Shown here piece by piece: positions 10,728-19,492 of a stretch of DNA of 64,000 bases. Source of the stretch: Candidatus Saccharibacteria bacterium RIFCSPHIGHO2_12_FULL_44_22 (GTDB taxonomy: Bacteria; Patescibacteriota; Saccharimonadia; Saccharimonadales; Saccharimonadaceae); contig MGCS01000002.1 of assembly GCA_001790515.1 (NCBI GenBank), forward strand, positions 48,234 to 112,233. The letters run 5' to 3'. Numbering within the stretch: the first letter of the stretch is position 1; each line of letters opens with the position of its first letter. The notes under the pieces are model-generated. The model was not told where the DNA came from and did no database searches. It saw only the letters and a program-made list of their open reading frames with translations. The position numbers and the translations under genes are program-made.

Positions 10728-11126
10728 TTATTCTTCGTCACGATTATCACGGCTGTCGCGACTATCGCGGAAATCGCGAACTTCGCCAGATTCGTTACGC
10801 TTTTTTTCGCGTTCCTTATCTTCCTGAATTGCCTTGCGGCCTTTTTCGTTGACACTTACTAGTAGGTAACGAAGTACTTCGTCAGTAATGTTTAGCGTGT
10901 TGCTAATCTTTAATGGCGCAGTTGCTGGAAGTGTTACATCCATGTATACATATACTGCAAAGTCTTCACGGTTGATTTTGTACGCAAGTTTCTTCTTACC
11001 CCAGTTATCTTCTGTGGTAATCTCACCGCCAGCGTTTTTGATAATGTCACGGACTTTTGTCAGTGGCGTCTCGATGTCTGCTTCGAGATCAGGGTGAATT
11101 AGAACGGTTAGTTCGTATTCTTTCAT
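10728..11126 (-). CDS. rpsF: 30S ribosomal protein S6 with an Arg/Asp-rich C-terminal tail
   Basis: MKEYELTVLIHPDLE start typical of S6. The tail reads VRDFRDSRDSRDNRDEE. Confidence 0.9.
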   Translation of the reverse strand: MKEYELTVLIHPDLEADIETPLTKVRDIIKNAGGEITTEDNWGKKKLAYKINREDFAVYVYMDVTLPATAPLKISNTLNITDEVLRYLLVSVNEKGRKAIQEDKEREKKRNESGEVRDFRDSRDSRDNRDEE

Positions 11127-11238
11127 AGATTTCCTCCTCTGGAATCCTTATGGATGCTCATTTCGAGAATGAGCCGAGTTGATAACAATAGTATTATAAC
11201 CCACCTCTGTAGTTTTGTCTAGTTACACCTGGTAGATG

Positions 11239-13497
11239 CTAGACTTCGTCAGAGCTGTTTAGTTCATCCATACTACGGATCAATACATCGCGCGGTTTGC
11301 TGTTACCGCTCGCTCCACCAACAATTCCTTGATCTTCCATTGTATCGATGTATCGTGCCGCTTTAGCATAGCCAATACCCAATCGTCGCTGCAGCAGACT
11401 AGCGCTCGCCTTGCCACTGTCGATCACTATTCGGAGTGCTTCTTGGTACGTCTGATCACCGCTCGTGTCAGTTGCAAAGTCCATTACGACACCACCCTTG
11501 CCGTTCAGTTGTACTGGCTGACTAACAATTTCATCATTGTACTGTGGCGCAGACTGCATACGCAGATGATCAGTGATCTTGATCACTTCTTCGTCCATGA
11601 CCCAGGCGCCCTGAATACGCTTTGGCTTGCTCATACTTGGTGTCAACATTAGCATGTCACCCTGACCAAGTAATTTTTCTGCACCCGTTTGATCTAGGAT
11701 AGTACGACTATCAATTTGTGATGCAACGGTAAAGGCGATACGGGCAGGAACGTTTGCTTTGATCAGACCAGTAATGACATCTACTGACGGACGCTGGGTT
11801 GCAAGCACCAGGTGAATACCAACCGCACGTGCTTTTTGTGCCAAACGAACAATCAGCCCTTCTACGTCGCGGGCAGCAACCATCATCAGGTCAGCCAACT
11901 CATCAATTACAATCACGATATATGGCATCGCACCGTCTTCGTGTTGTTGCGGGATACCATCTTCGTCATCAACGGATATCTTTTTGCTACCATTCGCCAG
12001 TTTCTGATTGTACGATTTGATATCACGTAATTTTTCATCAGCAAGCAATTTATAGCGTCGTTCCATTTCGTTGACCGCCCATTTCAATGCGCTAATTGTC
12101 TTTTCAGGTTCGGTAATGACAGGTGTCAACAGATGTGGAATGTCCTCGTACGGAGCCATTTCTACTTGTTTTGGATCGACAAGGATAAGCTTCATTTCGC
12201 TTGGACTATTGCGGTACAGTAAACTCGTCAGCAACGTATTGATCATTACTGACTTACCACTGCCCGTTTGTCCAGCAATCAGCAGGTGGGGCATTTTATT
12301 TAGTTCACCGACAACAGCTTCTCCGGAAATATCTTTACCAATCGCAAAACTCAATGGTTCGCGATTATTTTTCCACTGTTTTGCAGATAGAATACCATAC
12401 AGCCGAACATCTGCTGCGCGGCGATTCGGCACCTCAATACCGACTGCACGCTGGCCTGGAATTGGTGCTTCGATACGAAGCGATTGCGCCGCTAGATTGA
12501 GTGCAATATTTGTTTCAAGCGCAGTAATACGCGTCAGTTTGACGCCACTTGGCGGTTTTAACGTGTACTGTGTTACTTTCGGGCCGATATTTGCGCCTTC
12601 CATCTCTACATCAATGTTAAATTCACTCAATGTGTCTTTGATAGTTTGCGCATTTTGTTGCACATCACCCGCATCCGCTGGCGACTGCTTCTTTTCTAGT
12701 AGCTCAACACTTGGTGCTTTCCAATTAGGGTCATTGACAGACACTAGTGCTGCCTGCTCTTCCGCTGCCTTATCTTGCTTTACGCTACCCCGAAGACTCG
12801 ATAATTTCGACGGCTTTTTATCTTCGTTTAGCTTCGCAAGATCGTCTGCATTCAGCGTTGGCACGCCTTCATTCATCTTGAAATCAGTGATAGGCGTCGA
12901 CTTCTTTTGATCAGCTACTTCGCTAGCAACGGCCGCTTTGCGCATCACTGCGACATTTTCATTATCAAACTTTTCGGTCTGTAGCATTGCCCAGATTTTT
13001 TTGATTATCGAGATTGGTGATACGCGAATAACAAACAAAACTGTTATCACAATAAGGAGTATATAGATAAATGCCGCGATTGGTGGCTCGACAAGTTTTA
13101 ATGTTGCACTGTTTACCATTTCACCAACAAACCCACCATGTGCTATTCCGTCTGTATCTTTCAGTAATCCAAAAACACCTGCAAACCAAATAATCAACAT
13201 CGCCGTGGCAAACTTCATAACAAGTGGCAGTTTGTTGTGCTCGGCACGAAATATCTCGACAGCCACATACGTGAATAGTACGGGAATAACATAAACACCA
13301 TACCCGATTGTGTTCATCGCAGTCTCTTGTATCCACTCAAGAATAGGTCCGCCAGCCCCAAACCATGCGACGACGAGCAATATTGATATTGCGATAAGTG
13401 TCAGTGCTACTACTTGTTGCCAGAATCCAGCCGGCAAGCTATGTTTTGGCCCTGACGATGCAGCTTTCTTTTTAGAGACTTTTTTCTTTTTTGCCAT
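11239..13497 (-). CDS. ftsK: DNA translocase FtsK/SpoIIIE
   Basis: N-terminal TM helices, Walker A IAGQTGSGKSV, Walker B IVIVIDELADLMM, and a C-terminal winged-helix gamma domain (LLQRRLGIGYAKAARYIDTMEDQGIVG). Confidence 0.9.
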   Translation of the reverse strand: MAKKKKVSKKKAASSGPKHSLPAGFWQQVVALTLIAISILLVVAWFGAGGPILEWIQETAMNTIGYGVYVIPVLFTYVAVEIFRAEHNKLPLVMKFATAMLIIWFAGVFGLLKDTDGIAHGGFVGEMVNSATLKLVEPPIAAFIYILLIVITVLFVIRVSPISIIKKIWAMLQTEKFDNENVAVMRKAAVASEVADQKKSTPITDFKMNEGVPTLNADDLAKLNEDKKPSKLSSLRGSVKQDKAAEEQAALVSVNDPNWKAPSVELLEKKQSPADAGDVQQNAQTIKDTLSEFNIDVEMEGANIGPKVTQYTLKPPSGVKLTRITALETNIALNLAAQSLRIEAPIPGQRAVGIEVPNRRAADVRLYGILSAKQWKNNREPLSFAIGKDISGEAVVGELNKMPHLLIAGQTGSGKSVMINTLLTSLLYRNSPSEMKLILVDPKQVEMAPYEDIPHLLTPVITEPEKTISALKWAVNEMERRYKLLADEKLRDIKSYNQKLANGSKKISVDDEDGIPQQHEDGAMPYIVIVIDELADLMMVAARDVEGLIVRLAQKARAVGIHLVLATQRPSVDVITGLIKANVPARIAFTVASQIDSRTILDQTGAEKLLGQGDMLMLTPSMSKPKRIQGAWVMDEEVIKITDHLRMQSAPQYNDEIVSQPVQLNGKGGVVMDFATDTSGDQTYQEALRIVIDSGKASASLLQRRLGIGYAKAARYIDTMEDQGIVGGASGNSKPRDVLIRSMDELNSSDEV

Positions 13498-13652
13498 AAC
13501 TGTTTTCTATTATATACTGTTTCCTGCACTATATTATAGCAAATTTTACTACGATTTGCAATAGCATAAGCATATTATGCATTAGTATTGCTTTTTTAGC
13601 ATAAGTATGTTAATATAAACTTAAAGTTACTATCAAAAATAAACAGTACATC

Positions 13653-14831
13653 ATGAACAAACTACTCCTTATTCAGCACCAAAAATCAGTCCTTGTAGCA
13701 ACTATGGCTATCATTTTGCTGTCCTCGGTGACCGCATCGGCCTACATTAATACGGCTCTACGCCATGATACCGAGACAAAAATTGCAAAATCGACAGAGG
13801 CTGCCAAGAAATCAACGTTAAATACTCAACCCAACACCAATGATGGTATTGCCGGACAAGGTGAAAATGGTAATCAAACGCCAGGTAGTAAAGAACAGGC
13901 TAATACAGCCCCAAATAGCACGTCATCTCCATCAACGGCAGGACAAGGTTCTCAGGGATCTACTCCGTCTTCTTCTGGTTCAAGCACAAAACCGAGTGGA
14001 TCAAGCGGCGGTGGAACTAGCGGCGGGTCTAGTACATCACCAACCCCTCCAACAACTCCTACGACCCCAACCTGCCCTGTTGGTCAAACAGGAACTCCAC
14101 CGAATTGCGTCACGCCTGCCCCAAAACCATTAGGAGTTGCCGGTAGCTGGACGTTAAAATTTCAAGATGAATTCAACGGAACTAGCCTAAACACATCGAT
14201 ATGGGCAACACAACGCGGCGAAGCAAATGGAGCCTATGGGAATCCTTATAATCCACAATATGAAGATGCATTTTACCTCGCAAATAATCCAAAAGTAACG
14301 AATGGTAACTTAGTATTAACATTAAACAAAGGCACGACAAACGGCTATCCCTACAGTTCTGGTATGGTTCAAAACGGTCGGAGTTTCAGTTACAAATATG
14401 GCTACACCGAAGCTCGTGTCAAAGTTCCAGGCAATGCCGGTGTCTGGCCTGCCTATTGGACGCTTGCATCACCTATCGATAAATATTGGCCACCAGAGAT
14501 TGATATTTTCGAATTTGGCATGGAAGGTAACAACACACACCCATGGTTTAATTACCATTACGGTGCATATCCAAATAACGGCCAGTTTGGAGTAAAAAGA
14601 TACGGAAACGCTGCAATCAATTACTCGCAAGATTTTCACACCTATGGCATGCTATGGCGCTCAAATATCATTCAGGTATACATAGATGGCCAGCCAGGAC
14701 CAAGCTATACCACTAGCGGTAATATCACCAGCTTACCTCAATATCTTATTTTTAACCTCGGTCTGAAAAAAGGCGCAAACGTCCCATCTGGCACTACCAT
14801 GCAAGTCGATTATGTTCGTGTTTGGCAGTAA
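13653..14831 (+). CDS. secreted glycoside hydrolase family 16 (beta-glucanase/laminarinase-like) with a long S/T/P/G-rich linker
   Basis: N-terminal TM/signal anchor, a low-complexity linker (residues ~60-160), the GH16 catalytic motif EIDIFE, and the jelly-roll end VDYVRVWQ. Confidence 0.8.
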   Translation: MNKLLLIQHQKSVLVATMAIILLSSVTASAYINTALRHDTETKIAKSTEAAKKSTLNTQPNTNDGIAGQGENGNQTPGSKEQANTAPNSTSSPSTAGQGSQGSTPSSSGSSTKPSGSSGGGTSGGSSTSPTPPTTPTTPTCPVGQTGTPPNCVTPAPKPLGVAGSWTLKFQDEFNGTSLNTSIWATQRGEANGAYGNPYNPQYEDAFYLANNPKVTNGNLVLTLNKGTTNGYPYSSGMVQNGRSFSYKYGYTEARVKVPGNAGVWPAYWTLASPIDKYWPPEIDIFEFGMEGNNTHPWFNYHYGAYPNNGQFGVKRYGNAAINYSQDFHTYGMLWRSNIIQVYIDGQPGPSYTTSGNITSLPQYLIFNLGLKKGANVPSGTTMQVDYVRVWQ

Positions 14832-14845
14832 TACTCATACATAAT

Positions 14846-14873
14846 AAAACACCCTACGTACATAGGGTGTTTT
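14846..14873. terminator. bidirectional intrinsic terminator between the GH16 gene and rnj
   Basis: Perfect 11-bp stem AAAACACCCTA / TAGGGTGTTTT with a 6-nt loop. The A-run and T-run flanks let it work on either strand. Confidence 0.7.
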
Positions 14874-14887
14874 ATTATGTACTACTG

Positions 14888-17086
14888 TTAGTACGCGCGA
14901 AGGTCTGTTTTTGGCCGAAGACTAGGATCCGTCACTTCTGTGTCGGGCATTTGCTTTGGAGGAAGATCATCACGAGGTGGTTTTGGAACAATGCCGCCTA
15001 CCGCTATCGGTGCACCCGTTGCATTTGAATTTGACGAAGGACGGTTGCCACCACGATTATCACGAGAGTCACGCTGTTCGCGGTTATCGTTGCGATTGTC
15101 GCGGTTTTGGCCACCACCACCAATTTCATTAATGACAGGAATAACGATTGGCGTTCGACGTGTCTGATCATACAAAATGTGTGTAATCTCGTCTTTCAAC
15201 TCTTTTTTGATCTGATCAAGATCGATGCGTTTACCGCTAAAACTGCGGGCAACTTTTTGCTTTAGATACTGACGGATCATGCCCATCAACTCTTCACTGT
15301 CACGGAGATAAATAAATCCACGACTGATGATGTCAGGACTTGTCATTAATCGCCCGTTACCGCGGGCAACTGTTAGTACGACGACGAACATACCCTCTGT
15401 CGCCATGTGGATACGGTCTTTGAGCACGACTTCGCTAACGATTGCACCACTATCGTCATACATTGTGCCACCGACAGGAATACGGCCGTTCTTTTTTGCG
15501 CCTTCGGGCGTCACCTCGATAACATCGCCACTGTCACATACAAAGATGTTCTTGCGTGGAATTGCCGCTTCTTTTTCTGCAAGTTCTGCGTTATGAACCA
15601 ACATATGGAATTCACCGTGGATCGGCATGTAATAGGTTGGGTTCAGTGCGTTAATCAGCTTAACATGATCATCATAGTAGCCATGACCAGATAAGTGGAG
15701 TGGACCAATATCGGTCAGGTGCGTTTTGCCATTTTGAATAACTGCGCTACCTTCTCGCATAAGTCCGTCTACGGTACGCGTCACATACTTTTCATTGCCT
15801 GGAATTGCATTTGAGCTAAAGACGATAACGTCACTATTTTTGATCTTGATAAATTTGTGTGAGCCTGTCGCCATCCTATTGAGCACTGCGTTGAACTCAC
15901 CCTGTGAGCCAGTACAAACAATTGTTACTTTACCGTCAGGAAACTTCACGACGTCTTCCATCTTTACGACAACATCTTTAGGTATCTTGATCGCACCAGC
16001 GCGGAGTGCGACTTCCAGGTTTTGGATCATACTGTAGCCGGCAAATGCGACTTTACGATCATGTTTTTTTGCTTCTTCAAGAATGATCTGCATACGGTGA
16101 ATCTGGCTACTAAAACAGCTGAGGATCAGACGTGAGTTCGGATATTTATCCATTACCTGTCCCATTGATACCTGGATATCAAACTCACCGTGGCCGTGCG
16201 TACCCTCTGATTCACAGTTGGTCGATTCATTCATGAGCATCAAAATGCCTTCTTTTGCAGCAATTTCAGTTAGCCGTTCGAGATCGAATTTGCGACCATC
16301 GACAGGATTGTCTTCGAAACGCCAGTCTCCTGTGTCAATCAGTACGCCAAGCGGCGTGCGAATCACGACTGCCGTCGCATCTGGGATTGAGTGGTTGACG
16401 CGAACAAGTTCGATACTGAAGTTGTCACTGACCTGAACGCGTTCGTGCGCTTCTGGATCCATTTCGTGGTACTCAGGCTCGTATCCACTGGTCGCCTCTT
16501 CCATTGTTCGCTGAATCATACCGAGTGTAAATTTACTAGCATATACGGGCGCTGGGATCTTGTCAGCGACATGTCGATATGCACCAATATGATCAAGGTG
16601 ACCGTGCGTAAAGACCTGTGCGCGAATCTTGTGCTTGTTTTCAAGAAGATACGTAATATCTGGAGTAATGTAGTTTATACCTGGATAATCAGCACCAGGG
16701 AACAAGAACCCGCAGTCAATCACAATGATGTCATCTTCATATTCGATCGCCATCATGTTTTTACCGATACCCATTTCACCCAAACCGCCAACTGGCATGA
16801 TCTTTAGGACTGGACCTTTGGTCTTTGGTTGACGTTTTGCATCTGCCAGACTGAATTGACGACCGTCGTAGCCGTTGAACAATGATTTATTCACTGGAAT
16901 GTTAATCATGTGCTGACTGGCTCGCAAATTGACGTTTTCGCTCGTTCGCCGCTGTGCTCGAAATACCTCGCCCTTGCGGGTGTTCGTGCTATTAAGAACG
17001 GTGTTGTTTGATTTCTGGCGTTGTTGACCCTGTGGCCGTTTGCTCTGATCGTCAGGTGTTGTGTTAGAGAGTCTTCGTTGACCCAT
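14888..17086 (-). CDS. rnj: ribonuclease J (paralogue 1) with extended basic N-terminus and Arg/Asp/Asn-rich C-terminal tail
   Basis: Metallo-beta-lactamase motif THGHLDHIGA in the beta-CASP RNase J layout. The tail reads NRDNRNDNREQRDSRDNRGGNR. Confidence 0.9.
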   Translation of the reverse strand: MGQRRLSNTTPDDQSKRPQGQQRQKSNNTVLNSTNTRKGEVFRAQRRTSENVNLRASQHMINIPVNKSLFNGYDGRQFSLADAKRQPKTKGPVLKIMPVGGLGEMGIGKNMMAIEYEDDIIVIDCGFLFPGADYPGINYITPDITYLLENKHKIRAQVFTHGHLDHIGAYRHVADKIPAPVYASKFTLGMIQRTMEEATSGYEPEYHEMDPEAHERVQVSDNFSIELVRVNHSIPDATAVVIRTPLGVLIDTGDWRFEDNPVDGRKFDLERLTEIAAKEGILMLMNESTNCESEGTHGHGEFDIQVSMGQVMDKYPNSRLILSCFSSQIHRMQIILEEAKKHDRKVAFAGYSMIQNLEVALRAGAIKIPKDVVVKMEDVVKFPDGKVTIVCTGSQGEFNAVLNRMATGSHKFIKIKNSDVIVFSSNAIPGNEKYVTRTVDGLMREGSAVIQNGKTHLTDIGPLHLSGHGYYDDHVKLINALNPTYYMPIHGEFHMLVHNAELAEKEAAIPRKNIFVCDSGDVIEVTPEGAKKNGRIPVGGTMYDDSGAIVSEVVLKDRIHMATEGMFVVVLTVARGNGRLMTSPDIISRGFIYLRDSEELMGMIRQYLKQKVARSFSGKRIDLDQIKKELKDEITHILYDQTRRTPIVIPVINEIGGGGQNRDNRNDNREQRDSRDNRGGNRPSSNSNATGAPIAVGGIVPKPPRDDLPPKQMPDTEVTDPSLRPKTDLRAY

Positions 17087-17239
17087 AGTGCGTTTTCTCC
17101 TTTTGTTATCGGAATGAATTGTAATATTGCTAAATAAATACGAGTCGAGGGATGAAGGTAGATGACTTTATCTGGTTTTCCCTCTTTGTAAGTAATACCA
17201 TTATACCAAACCAGTTCTTACATAGCAACTTTAGTATCA

Positions 17240-18043
17240 TTATCGGAAGGTGGCGGCTATTAACGCGATGAATACAAACAAATCAACAATTGCATGGATT
17301 ACCAAATTAATTAGTAAGTTATTCGTCTTTGAATAGATATACCCCTGATATAGTGTATAGAGCAATAATGGAATGATAATCCATCCCTGAAATCCTACTT
17401 GGTACAAAAACGTCGTAAATAACAGAGCCTGCAGTAGATTTGCCCACCCTACATGTAAATATCGACGCAAAATACCATATATTGCCGCAATAAAGAAAAA
17501 TTCCTCCCACATGCCTATCGCCATGATTGCACCAAATACAAGTGCTATATCCCAGGCTGTAGAGATTGGCCAATGATGAGCAGCGTCGGTCGTGAAAAAA
17601 TAGACAAATAGCGTCACCGGAACTATCGTCGATGCAAAAATCACATATCCAAACTCGATAGGTTTCCACTTCTGCAGGTCGATATGCAAATGAATAATAT
17701 CTGTTTTAAATACATATTTACCAATAATAATTGGCAGCGCAACCGCCACGGCCATACCCAGCAACATAAATACCGGCAGCCAGCCCGTTGTAGCAGTTTG
17801 GACGGGAGTTATACTCATTACAATGATCATTGCCGCCATAATCATCAGATACTTACGTTGCGAGGCAGGAACCCATCTCCACACGACAAAAGCGGCAACA
17901 AACCATGCAGCACAACTAACGACCGGCGCAGCATACATAACTGCAGATGCGTAGGCTAGCACGACTAATAGTCCAAACAAAATAAACGGATATTGTTTTC
18001 TAGTGGCCTGCGATTGAGACTGAAGTATATGCATAGCCGACAC
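17240..18043 (-). CDS. CPBP (CAAX/Abi) family intramembrane metalloprotease
   Basis: Polytopic membrane protein with the EExxxR motif (WEEFFFIAAIYGILRR) and a distal His motif (NLVIHAIVD). Confidence 0.75.
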   Translation of the reverse strand: MSAMHILQSQSQATRKQYPFILFGLLVVLAYASAVMYAAPVVSCAAWFVAAFVVWRWVPASQRKYLMIMAAMIIVMSITPVQTATTGWLPVFMLLGMAVAVALPIIIGKYVFKTDIIHLHIDLQKWKPIEFGYVIFASTIVPVTLFVYFFTTDAAHHWPISTAWDIALVFGAIMAIGMWEEFFFIAAIYGILRRYLHVGWANLLQALLFTTFLYQVGFQGWIIIPLLLYTLYQGYIYSKTNNLLINLVIHAIVDLFVFIALIAATFR

Positions 18044-18044
18044 T

Positions 18045-18836
18045 TTATCTCGTTATAAATATATTGAGCACATCAGGATAATGAGCATTGATGAGCGCTA
18101 GATAGAGTACAAAATCAATCGTAAGATGAATGGCAATAATATAGACCAAGTTTTGCGTGCGCCGAAACACCTCACCCTGTAGCAACGCAAAAGGATAGAT
18201 CAGAAATGGTGCCCATCCTCGAAAACCTAGCTCGTAAAGGAATGCAGTAAACAACACGGCCTGTATAAGGTTTGCGACCCAAAACGGCACGTGTTTCCGC
18301 AATAACGCCAAGCACGTAATGATAAAGAACAACTCATCCCATATACCAAGTCCATTCGTACCAATAAACAGTACGCCCAGTTGTCCAGGAGACAGCTCGA
18401 CCGACCAGTTTTGATATGCACCAGTCGACTGCATCCAAAATGGGAGTAGCAGATAGCTTAATACAGCAGCGAGTACCAAATACCCAATATGAGCTCGTGT
18501 CCACGTGTGCCTAGCGATTGGAAATTCGATTATTTTCTCTTTATAAATATAGCGGGTAACGTAGAATGGCAATCCAACAGCAGCGGCTAATATCAAACCC
18601 ATGATTGTCATATGTTGCAGATCGATATCTGTATTAATAGGAGCAAGTGCTAAAATTGCAAGAGACCCGAATAATAAAAGGATGTGTTTTCGGAATGATT
18701 TTTCCGCGTATAATGTCACTAACGATCCAAACGCCAGAACACTGTATCCAGCTAACTGCTGCTCCAACGGAATGGCAAGTACAGCACCAATCATCAATGC
18801 ACCCAAACTGATACTTTTTGCAATCATATGCCTCAT
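18045..18836 (-). CDS. CPBP (CAAX/Abi) family intramembrane metalloprotease, tandem paralogue
   Basis: WDELFFIITCLALLRK and IIAIHLTIDF motifs. It sits 1 nt from the neighbouring paralogue. Confidence 0.75.
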   Translation of the reverse strand: MRHMIAKSISLGALMIGAVLAIPLEQQLAGYSVLAFGSLVTLYAEKSFRKHILLLFGSLAILALAPINTDIDLQHMTIMGLILAAAVGLPFYVTRYIYKEKIIEFPIARHTWTRAHIGYLVLAAVLSYLLLPFWMQSTGAYQNWSVELSPGQLGVLFIGTNGLGIWDELFFIITCLALLRKHVPFWVANLIQAVLFTAFLYELGFRGWAPFLIYPFALLQGEVFRRTQNLVYIIAIHLTIDFVLYLALINAHYPDVLNIFITR

Positions 18837-18889
18837 AACTTGCCTTATTTTAGCATAGTCATAGTGTATTGAATGTCGCTACTGAGAAA

Positions 18890-19462
18890 TTATAATTTCT
18901 TGATAATCATAGGAACGTTCAAAAAATCGTCTATCAATGTTTGTCGAAGAGATCCGTTATACAATGCAGCTGCGGGATGATAAAGCGGTACGATGACTAA
19001 ATAATCATCACCAAATTTGATTCGTTTTGGTTGGCCATGGATTTGACTGATTTTCATGTCTGGCAAAAAATACTCCATACTATGACGGCCGAGTGTTATG
19101 ACAACCTTCGGCTGAATAATCTGAAGCTGTTTAAGCAAATACGGCCAAAAGGCTTTCTTTTCGTCGGGCGTCGGGTCGCGGTTCTCGGGCGGACGGTATT
19201 TGACGATGTTCGTTATGTACACATCCGTCCGCTTCATTTCGGCGGCGGCTAGCATTTCGTTCAAAAACTTACCAGCCGCACCAACGAATGGCAATCCTTG
19301 CTCGTCTTCGTTTTTGCCTGGTGCTTCACCGATAAACACAATATCGGTGTTAAGATTGCCATCGCCAATAACCAGATGTGTGGCTGTCTTGGCTAATTCC
19401 AGACAAACGCCTTTGTCGATAATAGTGTCAGCTAATTGCTGCATAAGAACCGCTTTATTCAT
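18890..19462 (-). CDS. udg: uracil-DNA glycosylase, family 4
   Basis: GEAPG motif (FIGEAPGKNEDEQGLPFVGAAGKFL) and a distal HPAAALYN motif. I prefer the ATG at 19462, which has a TATACT box 6 nt upstream. Confidence 0.85.
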   Translation of the reverse strand: MNKAVLMQQLADTIIDKGVCLELAKTATHLVIGDGNLNTDIVFIGEAPGKNEDEQGLPFVGAAGKFLNEMLAAAEMKRTDVYITNIVKYRPPENRDPTPDEKKAFWPYLLKQLQIIQPKVVITLGRHSMEYFLPDMKISQIHGQPKRIKFGDDYLVIVPLYHPAAALYNGSLRQTLIDDFLNVPMIIKKL

Positions 19463-19492
19463 ATGACCAGTATACCGCATAGCAATGTACGA

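Noticed and set aside
12071-12910. 279-aa plus-strand ORF antisense to ftsK
   Set aside because: Ser/Phe/Cys-rich with no motifs. It lies fully inside the well-supported FtsK ATPase domain on the other strand.
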